A stretch of DNA of 24,000 nt from Candidatus Saccharimonadota bacterium (lineage in GTDB: Bacteria > Patescibacteriota > Saccharimonadia > Saccharimonadales > SZUA-47): positions 1 through 24,000 of the forward strand of contig JAGQMY010000047.1 in the NCBI GenBank assembly GCA_020428465.1, given 5' to 3'. A program made the translations under genes and the position numbers. The notes below the pieces were generated by a model. The model worked only from the letters and a program-made list of their open reading frames with translations. It was not told the DNA's origin and did no database searches. The first letter of the stretch is position 1. Every line of letters starts with the position of its first letter. Of the stretch, positions 16,054-22,340 are shown in pieces.

Positions 16054-18690
16054 TTATGACGGATTCCAAGGTGTTGCGGTACCCCCTCCATCATCTTCGT
16101 CATCGGGAGTTGCATCGCCTGCAGCTGCTTGAGCAGGATCGGCAAAGTTAGTGTTTTGACCAGCTAATGTTGCTTGACTTGTTGTGGGATCGCTTGGGAT
16201 TGGCGATGGGGCTACGGGGGTTGGAGGGGATTCTAGTGGCGAATCTGGGTTAAATGCACCACTGTTTTCTTCCTCTGTAACGGCTCTGTCTGCTCGCCTG
16301 GCCCTTCTGTCTTGTCTATATTTTCTTGCTTTTTCTCTTGCACCCCTTACTGTTGGGTGCCAGCCTCGAGCTACTTGCACCGCAGCATTATACGTTTTCA
16401 AATCTCTTACATAGGCTTCTTGTTGCCTTGTGTACTCCTCTTTCTCGGCCGCACCAGCATCATCTCTAGGAGGCGTTGGAGCTTCAGGTTTTTTTGGCAT
16501 TCCCTGCTTAAGCAGAGTTAGCCCGCCACGACCCACCCTAAAATCTGCCCAGTGCAAAGCTCTGTTGCTATGCGACTCTAGTCGGGCATCACGCATACTT
16601 GCACGGGTGTGATTAACTTGATGTCGTCTGCTGGATTGATCATACTCGCTTCCCATGAATTTCTCGTATCGCTTCTTGTTAAAGCCAGTTATAGCACCTG
16701 ATATTGACGATATTGCGCCCCCAGCGAGCTTAAAGGCAAACGGTATTAAGAAAAACGGTATAAAGAGCACTACCAAAGCTACAAACTGATTTATTGTATA
16801 CGAGCCCCCATCACCAGCTGCACTGAACATCATCATTGATAGAAGATCGGCTATAGCAAAAATAGCCATTATTATCGGATAAACCATAAGTGTTTTGATA
16901 AACAAATCAAACCATTTTTTAGCGTACTTTTCCGTACCGGGAATAGCATATAAAGCTAGCGCTATTGGAGATATGACCGCTAAAAGAATAACTAAACCAC
17001 GACGAATAACTATAGTTCCAAAAATAGCAATAGTAGTTAAAAGCATGGGTATTAAGAACGAGTAAAGTAATAATGTGAAGAAGCCACCGGTTGTGAAGAA
17101 GCCGAGGAGAAACTTGCCGCCCAGATACGTAGCAAAAAGTCCCCCAAGACTGAGTAGTTGATTTGGCTTGAATGAGAAACTCCCAGCCCCACCTAACGGA
17201 GCAGTTATAAGTTGGCCAATACCCCTACCTAACACATTAAACACATCTACCGATAGTGCAACAATGAAATACGATATATTTATAAGAATTGCTGCAATTA
17301 AAATTCTTGGCATTGCCTTTTTAGCCGTGTAAGCATCAACCAGTCCACCACCTATAGCTTGACCGAATACGATTACTAGCAGTGCGATGACGAGTATTAT
17401 ATTGCCTAATGTCCTGAATCCTCTCCACACCTGGTATGCTGTGTCATTTGACTCGGTGGTTAAGGGGCTAGTGACGAGGAAAGGTTCTATAATCGAGTGA
17501 AACATCCAGTCTATGCCATCAAGTGCGCCGTTGACAATGGGACAAAAAAGAAAGGCTAACGAGAACCCAGAACTCTCGCAAGTCGGGGTGTCTTCACCGG
17601 TTTCGAGATTAAAGGAACCTGCTTGTTCCTCACCAGTGCCTGCTTCTTTATTGGCATTTTCGTTATCTAATAGCGGATAGCTCACTCCTGTAATTGGCGG
17701 AACACGATAGTAGTCATGAGATTGAAACGTACCAGCTTTATCTACATCTTCTCTGACATCAACAACCTGACAATCAGAAATATTTATTGCGCTTATACCC
17801 CATTCTGAAGCTGGTTTTTGTGAACCGTAAGCGTCTCCGTCACTAAGTGAACCATTTGCAACTAATATGTAGTATTTCATCGTAGCAGGATTGGTTGATT
17901 TATCGACGATTATTACATCATCACATGGACCCACCTCGTCTGCTCTAAAGACATTAGGTTCGCTTGAGTCTTGAACAAAGGGAGTAGGAATATTTTTTAT
18001 GGAAGTTGCATGATCGCTCTCGACTATTCTAATTGTCAAATCTACTGCTGGTTCAATCTTTGCACTATCTACCCAGCGAAAATAAGCAGTACTGAATTGG
18101 GTGTTTTTAACCGATATGCTACCAGTATTATCAACCTTATTTCCGTCACTGTCTATGTGGGTATTTAAATCACCGGAGTCTTTGCACTCTGTTCCATCAG
18201 AATTGTAGAAATCGATATCGGTTTTAACCTTGGTAAGTGGTGTGTTGTCTAAAAAATTATCTTGATTGGTTATACTATCGGCAATGAATGTAATCTTATT
18301 ATAACAAGACGAAGGCCAGCCCTGTATCTCATAATCTGTACTTTGTCTGTGGTTACCATCAGTAAGGCTCGTTCTCTGGGCGATAACACCTTTGGCATCA
18401 CCATGGCCGTCTTTCGGTACTACGTCATAACTAATTCCTGGTTTTGTTTTAAAAGTTAGTTTAGCAAGACCGGCATTTACCCAAGTAAATTCAAATATAT
18501 CGGCCGGATTGCCAATAATCCTTCCCTTACTGTCTGTGGTTAAACCGTACGTTTCAGGTACAGCTACTCCATTTTCCGCGGCCTTAGCTGTCTGAAATAG
18601 CCCGTTCACAATGAAAGAGTTAAGAATAAATATAATGAATATTAAAAATATAAATATTCTCTTTTGTTTTTTTACGATAGGAAAAACCAT
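16054..18690 (-). CDS. TrbL/VirB6-like polytopic T4SS channel protein with large N-terminal ectodomain and ~200-aa charged C-terminal tail
   Basis: 878 aa. Signal/anchor IFIFLIFIIFILNSFIVNGLFQTAKA, then a ~340-aa ectodomain. At least 6 hydrophobic helices follow, including the ISPIALALYAIPGTEKYAKKW..L...M.YP block typical of TrbL/VirB6. The tail (nt 16054-16680) is rich in R/E/P. Confidence 0.7.
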   Translation of the reverse strand: MVFPIVKKQKRIFIFLIFIIFILNSFIVNGLFQTAKAAENGVAVPETYGLTTDSKGRIIGNPADIFEFTWVNAGLAKLTFKTKPGISYDVVPKDGHGDAKGVIAQRTSLTDGNHRQSTDYEIQGWPSSCYNKITFIADSITNQDNFLDNTPLTKVKTDIDFYNSDGTECKDSGDLNTHIDSDGNKVDNTGSISVKNTQFSTAYFRWVDSAKIEPAVDLTIRIVESDHATSIKNIPTPFVQDSSEPNVFRADEVGPCDDVIIVDKSTNPATMKYYILVANGSLSDGDAYGSQKPASEWGISAINISDCQVVDVREDVDKAGTFQSHDYYRVPPITGVSYPLLDNENANKEAGTGEEQAGSFNLETGEDTPTCESSGFSLAFLFCPIVNGALDGIDWMFHSIIEPFLVTSPLTTESNDTAYQVWRGFRTLGNIILVIALLVIVFGQAIGGGLVDAYTAKKAMPRILIAAILINISYFIVALSVDVFNVLGRGIGQLITAPLGGAGSFSFKPNQLLSLGGLFATYLGGKFLLGFFTTGGFFTLLLYSFLIPMLLTTIAIFGTIVIRRGLVILLAVISPIALALYAIPGTEKYAKKWFDLFIKTLMVYPIIMAIFAIADLLSMMMFSAAGDGGSYTINQFVALVVLFIPFFLIPFAFKLAGGAISSISGAITGFNKKRYEKFMGSEYDQSSRRHQVNHTRASMRDARLESHSNRALHWADFRVGRGGLTLLKQGMPKKPEAPTPPRDDAGAAEKEEYTRQQEAYVRDLKTYNAAVQVARGWHPTVRGAREKARKYRQDRRARRADRAVTEEENSGAFNPDSPLESPPTPVAPSPIPSDPTTSQATLAGQNTNFADPAQAAAGDATPDDEDDGGGTATPWNPS

Positions 18691-18803
18691 AATCTATAGG
18701 TACAACTATATCAAGAAAATAGATAAAAGTTTATTACTTTTTCATAGAATAGGGTTTTTTATGTAATATAATGATTAATTATGCTAGGATATAAATAGTA
18801 GTT
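18691..18803. promoter_or_regulatory. AT-rich divergent promoter region between the VirB6-like operon (-) and the pilin array (+)
   Basis: 113-nt A/T-rich spacer between divergent starts. Plus-strand TATAAT at 18767-18772 and TATAAA at 18790-18795 (8 nt before the ATG at 18804). Minus-strand TATAGT at 18710-18705 (14 nt before the ATG at 18690). Neither first gene has an SD. Confidence 0.4.
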
Positions 18804-19538
18804 ATGCAAAAAATAAAACATATCCAACCCAAAGCAATTCAAATAATATTTACACTTTCCTCGGCTTTATTACTCACATTACTAATCAGACCTAGCTATG
18901 CAAGCGCAGCTCTATCACCAGGCTGTTACATACAAGGACCCTCGGGTGGCTATACAGAGCATGATTGTGTGAATAGTGACACTGACCCAAATACTCAATG
19001 CGAGATTACGATCAGTTCTAGGAGCGGCCCCTCAACTACTACGATTAAAGATTGTGATACTTTAAGTCAGCCGACACAGAGTGATGGGGGTACGAGTGGT
19101 GGTACAGATACTAATCCAGGATCAGCAAACCTAAACTGTACAAGTGGTGGCTCATCTGATATTTGTAGCCCAATAAGTCCTGGAGGCGAAACAAGCACCT
19201 CCACAGGCACCGATGGTAAACAATGCGGTCGCGGTGAATCAGCTGTTGTTTTGAGCATTTCTATCGGTTGTAGGGGTAATGACTGGCCAGGCGTAGATTC
19301 TGTTAATCCTATCATAGATATGGTTTTAGCAGTGGTAAGATTCCTGAGTTTGGGTGTTGGAGTCGTAGTAGTTGGATCGATTATTTGGGCTGGGATCCAA
19401 TATTCCACATCAAGAGGTGACCCCCAAGCAGTTTCAGCATCTATAAATAGGGTTACAAATTCATTTATAGCATTATTGTTGTATATATTTATCTTTGCGA
19501 TTGCAAACTTTTTAGTTCCGGGGGGCATGTTTATATGA
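18804..19538 (+). CDS. T4SS pilin-like protein (VirB2/TrbC topology), enlarged paralog 1 with Cys/Ser/Thr/Gly-rich ectodomain
   Basis: 244 aa. Signal peptide ...LLIRPSYASA, a ~130-aa S/T/G-rich region with about nine Cys, then the TM hairpin LAVVRFLSLGVGVVVVGSIIWAGIQYSTSRGDPQAV...FIALLLYIFIFAIANFLV shared with the downstream paralogs. Confidence 0.7.
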   Translation: MQKIKHIQPKAIQIIFTLSSALLLTLLIRPSYASAALSPGCYIQGPSGGYTEHDCVNSDTDPNTQCEITISSRSGPSTTTIKDCDTLSQPTQSDGGTSGGTDTNPGSANLNCTSGGSSDICSPISPGGETSTSTGTDGKQCGRGESAVVLSISIGCRGNDWPGVDSVNPIIDMVLAVVRFLSLGVGVVVVGSIIWAGIQYSTSRGDPQAVSASINRVTNSFIALLLYIFIFAIANFLVPGGMFI

Positions 19539-19984
19539 TAAAGAAGCTTATTTCTAAGTTTCTATTGTTCCAACTCGGCGTATTTATATTTGTGCCTATT
19601 ACAAACATTGGTGTCGCAAGTGCTGCAGATTCGGGATGTACTGGTGGAAGTTTCTTAGGTTTTCCAACTTGGTATGAGTATTTAGATAAACAATCAGTCC
19701 CAAATGACATTACGACCGACCCAAATGATGAAATATGCGAGCTAAAGGTAGACAATATTAAAGACTTCTGGCTTATCGCACTCGCCGTGATAGAGATACT
19801 GCTTAGGGTAGCATCTATTCTTGCGGTAGGTATGCTAATTTATGGTGGAGTTAGTTATGTGATTAGCGAGGGTAATCCTGAAAAAACTAAAAAAGCACAA
19901 AGCACTATTATTAATGCAATCGTAGGTCTAGCCATAAGTATAGTAGCGGCATCTGTCATCGGGTTCGTTGCGAGGAGTTTTTGA
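19535..19984 (+). CDS. T4SS pilin-like protein, paralog 2
   Basis: 149 aa. Signal peptide ..NIGVASA/AD, Cys pair (SGC...EIC), TM1 LAVIEILLRVASILAVGMLIYGG, loop VSYVISEGNPEKTKKA, TM2 IINAIVGLAISIVAASVIGFV. ATGA overlap with paralog 1. Confidence 0.75.
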   Translation: MIKKLISKFLLFQLGVFIFVPITNIGVASAADSGCTGGSFLGFPTWYEYLDKQSVPNDITTDPNDEICELKVDNIKDFWLIALAVIEILLRVASILAVGMLIYGGVSYVISEGNPEKTKKAQSTIINAIVGLAISIVAASVIGFVARSF

Positions 19985-19987
19985 TTT

Positions 19988-20320
19988 ATGAATTATCTAT
20001 TATTAAATAGTCGTTTATCACAGCTTAAAAATTGTAACCCTGGTTCCGGAAATACGGAAAATGTTAATTGCAATACCACCTTACCTGACGTGTCGGCGAG
20101 TAGTGACACCTTATCTAAAGTTTTGCCTATTTTGTTCGGCACAATTACTGCTATAGCGGTTCTTATTATTGTTGTTCAGGGGATACGTTTTGTTTTGAGC
20201 AAGGGTGAACCGGATAAAGCACTGCAAGCTCGAAAGGGTGTTATTTATGCTGCAGTTGGCCTTGCCGTTGTCTTTATGGCAGACATAATTGTCGCATTTA
20301 TTTTAAAGAGGTTCCTATAA
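19988..20320 (+). CDS. T4SS pilin-like protein, paralog 3 (no recognisable signal peptide)
   Basis: 110 aa. Same C-terminal hairpin (ITAIAVLIIVVQGIRFVLSKGEPDKALQARKGVIYAAVGLAVVFMADIIV) and a Cys pair (NCNPGSGNTENVNC). The N-terminus MNYLLLNSRLSQLK lacks a hydrophobic signal core. GAGGAG SD upstream. Confidence 0.65.
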   Translation: MNYLLLNSRLSQLKNCNPGSGNTENVNCNTTLPDVSASSDTLSKVLPILFGTITAIAVLIIVVQGIRFVLSKGEPDKALQARKGVIYAAVGLAVVFMADIIVAFILKRFL

Positions 20321-20739
20321 TGCGAAAAATTTCACTCTTTATTTTATGCATGCTATCGTTGTCATTTAGTGTTTTTACCACATTCATACCTGTTGCTGGT
20401 GCTGTTGATCTGAATAGTGAAGTATGTACCACTTCAGATCCTGCCAATCGCCCAAGTATCTGTAATGATTTAGATCCCCTTAGTCCTGAAGCCAAAAATG
20501 TAAATCCACTCTATGGTCCCGAAGGCATTATTACTAGGGCAGTCAACGGGCTTTCTCTTTTAGCGGGATTGATATCTGTAATTATGATAATAATCGCCGG
20601 AATAAAGGTTAGCATGTCAACTGGTGATGCTGGTAAGATTAAAGCGGCGCGAGATCAAATTATTTACGCCATAGTTGGGTTGATCGTAGCAGGATTAGCT
20701 CAAGCAATTGTAAGGCTACTGCTAAACAGGATTGGATAA
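20320..20739 (+). CDS. T4SS pilin-like protein, paralog 4
   Basis: 139 aa. Signal peptide ..IPVAGA/VD, Cys pair (EVC...SIC), hairpin LLAGLISVIMIIIAGIKVSMSTGDAGKIKAARDQIIYAIVGLIVAGLAQAIV. TAATG overlap with paralog 3 and AAGAGG SD. Confidence 0.75.
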   Translation: MRKISLFILCMLSLSFSVFTTFIPVAGAVDLNSEVCTTSDPANRPSICNDLDPLSPEAKNVNPLYGPEGIITRAVNGLSLLAGLISVIMIIIAGIKVSMSTGDAGKIKAARDQIIYAIVGLIVAGLAQAIVRLLLNRIG

Positions 20740-20768
20740 TAGAATATGAAAAGGAGTATCAATCAATA

Positions 20769-21233
20769 ATGAAACGAATAATATATGGGTTTTTCGGAAT
20801 TCTTTTATCTGTGGGAATATTTATATTGCCCGTAACAGTTAATGCGAGCCCATTTGACTCGGCAAGAGATACGGCTTGCCAAGGTCTAGAATTTAGCGAT
20901 GGAGACAGCACTACTTGTGATACCAGCGATGGTACAAAGATAAACTCTACCGTGGCAACAGCGATCAACTTAATTTCGCTCGTGGTTGGATTTGTGTCCG
21001 TAATTATGGTAATAGTTGGTGGTCTAAAATACACAACTTCGCATGGTGATTCAAGCGGAATTAGTAGTGCTAAGGACACTATTCTTTATGCAATAATTGG
21101 CCTAATAATCGTCGCAATGGCCCAATTGATGGTAAGGTTTGTACTAAGTAAAACAGCAGATAATAGTTCAGATAGCCCAGGCGTAGGATCGTCCATTAAC
21201 GATTGTGCTCCAGGGCAAACTCCACCATGCTAG
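20769..21233 (+). CDS. T4SS pilin-like protein, paralog 5 (extra Cys-containing C-terminal tail)
   Basis: 154 aa. Signal peptide ..VTVNA/SP, Cys pair (ACQGLEFSDGDSTTC), hairpin LVVGFVSVIMVIVGGLKYTTSHGDSSGISSAKDTILYAIIGLIIVAMAQLMV, then the tail ...SSINDCAPGQTPPC. AAAGGAG SD. Confidence 0.8.
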   Translation: MKRIIYGFFGILLSVGIFILPVTVNASPFDSARDTACQGLEFSDGDSTTCDTSDGTKINSTVATAINLISLVVGFVSVIMVIVGGLKYTTSHGDSSGISSAKDTILYAIIGLIIVAMAQLMVRFVLSKTADNSSDSPGVGSSINDCAPGQTPPC

Positions 21234-21255
21234 GATTGCTATAGTAATCGTGTTA

Positions 21256-21264
21256 TGTTATAAA
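21256..21264 (+). promoter_or_regulatory. Candidate extended -10 promoter element for pilin paralog 6
   Basis: TGTTATAAA, that is TG-n-TATAAA, lies in the 65-nt spacer before the 21299 start. No convincing -35. AT-rich context makes chance matches likely. Confidence 0.3.
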
Positions 21265-21298
21265 CTAATTAAACTAAATAAAAGGAATTAAAAAAGTC

Positions 21299-21715
21299 AT
21301 GAACAGAATCAAAAGAGTAATTATCAGCCTAATAGCGGTACTTGGTTTAGCAGTACCAATGTTCGCACCAGCAGTCGCTTCAGCAGCAGAAATCGACAAT
21401 AACCTATCATGTGGAGCTAACTTAGATTTCACAAATTCTGGTGGTGATTGTGAATCAAATAATAAAGACGGTGATGCAAGCTCAAGAGTTCAAAAAATAG
21501 TTACAAACATTATCAACATCGTATCTCTAGTAGTCGGTGTCGCTGCAGTCATTATGATAATGGTTGGGGGCTTGCGCTATATCACCTCTAATGGTGATTC
21601 TGGCCAAGTTGGAAACGCTAAGAACACAATTCTTTATGCTGTAGTTGGTCTTATTGTTGTAGCTCTAGCTCAAATCATTGTGCGATTTGTAGTTAACAAA
21701 GCAACAACTGCTTAA
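21299..21715 (+). CDS. T4SS pilin-like protein, paralog 6 (candidate major pilin)
   Basis: 138 aa. Signal peptide ..APAVASA/AE, Cys pair (LSCGANLDFTNSGGDC), hairpin LVVGVAAVIMIMVGGLRYITSNGDSGQVGNAKNTILYAVVGLIVVALAQIIVRFV. Has its own upstream spacer and a downstream hairpin. Confidence 0.8.
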   Translation: MNRIKRVIISLIAVLGLAVPMFAPAVASAAEIDNNLSCGANLDFTNSGGDCESNNKDGDASSRVQKIVTNIINIVSLVVGVAAVIMIMVGGLRYITSNGDSGQVGNAKNTILYAVVGLIVVALAQIIVRFVVNKATTA

Positions 21716-21735
21716 TTAAAACAGATAATTCAGAT

Positions 21736-21767
21736 AAAGCACTTTCGCAGAAGCCGGAAGTGCTTTT
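21736..21767 (+). terminator. Candidate intrinsic terminator after pilin paralog 6
   Basis: AAAGCACTT (21736-21744) pairs with AAGTGCTTT (21758-21766) around a 13-nt loop, followed by a short T run. The stem is only moderately GC-rich and the loop is long, so it may be a partial terminator or attenuator. Confidence 0.45.
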
Positions 21768-21823
21768 CAGTTGTATGTAATTTATGCTAATCTTATTCTT
21801 AGAAACAAGGAGTAAATCTAAAA

Positions 21824-22267
21824 GTGAAAAGACTCAAATCAATCATTTATACATTAGCTATCGCAATAGGAATTGCAGCACCATTAGCTATTGCATCGCC
21901 AGCTGGTGCACAAGATATAGAAAAAAATCTACAATGTGGTGCTAATCTCAAATTTTCGATGGCCGATGGCAGCTGTGAAGTGGATAATAACGGTAATACT
22001 GCAGCTGAAAGAATCGACCAGATTGTTTCACAAGTAATCAATTTGCTGTCACTAGCAGTTGGAGTTGTAGCAGTAATCATGATTATCGTCGGTGGATTCA
22101 AATACATTACATCTGGGGGTGATTCAGGTAATGTTACGGGCGCAAAGAACACTATACTTTACGCTGTAGTAGGGCTAATTGTCGTAGCTTTGGCACAAGT
22201 AATCGTAAGATTCGTGGTAGACCGCGCTACACTAACTGGTAATACAACCGGATCAGCTACCGATTAG
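21824..22267 (+). CDS. T4SS pilin-like protein, paralog 7 (close duplicate of paralog 6)
   Basis: 147 aa. GTG start with AAGGAG 11 nt upstream. Signal peptide ..ASPAGA/QD, Cys pair (LQCGANLKFSMADGSC), hairpin LAVGVVAVIMIIVGGFKYITSGGDSGNVTGAKNTILYAVVGLIVVALAQVIVRFV, near-identical to paralog 6. Confidence 0.8.
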   Translation: MKRLKSIIYTLAIAIGIAAPLAIASPAGAQDIEKNLQCGANLKFSMADGSCEVDNNGNTAAERIDQIVSQVINLLSLAVGVVAVIMIIVGGFKYITSGGDSGNVTGAKNTILYAVVGLIVVALAQVIVRFVVDRATLTGNTTGSATD

Positions 22268-22290
22268 AATTTACATTCAATAATGTATTA

Positions 22291-22319
22291 AAAAACGCCC
22301 GGACAAAACCGGGCGTTTT
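22291..22319. terminator. Bidirectional intrinsic terminator between convergent pilin 7 and hsp20
   Basis: AAAACGCCCGG (22292-22302) and CCGGGCGTTTT (22309-22319) form a perfect 11-bp GC-rich stem around the loop ACAAAA. A-run and T-run flanks allow it to work on both strands. Confidence 0.8.
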
Positions 22320-22340
22320 GATTAAACTTGCAAATTTATT

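Noticed and set aside
18804-22267. Interpretation of the seven small genes as type IV pilus (T4P/Com) prepilins, given comFC nearby.
   Set aside because: None has the class III prepilin leader (short basic leader, then G/FTLIE, then a hydrophobic N-terminal helix). They have Sec-type signal peptides and a C-terminal two-helix hairpin, which is the VirB2/TrbC layout. comFC is separated from them by a strong bidirectional terminator and the hsp20 gene.
18804-22267. Holin, bacteriocin or immunity-protein interpretation of the small two-TM proteins next to wall hydrolases.
   Set aside because: Cleavable signal peptides, conserved extracytoplasmic Cys pairs, seven-fold paralogy and divergent arrangement from VirB6/VirB4 genes fit pilins better. 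No lysin or bacteriocin precursor (double-glycine leader) is adjacent on the same strand.
2418-22319. Interpretation of the locus as an integrative conjugative element, plasmid remnant or other mobile element.
   Set aside because: No relaxase, VirD4-type coupling ATPase, integrase/recombinase, transposase, tRNA attachment site or obvious flanking repeats are present in the window, and both flanks are housekeeping genes. This cannot be fully excluded without sequence beyond the window and compositional statistics.
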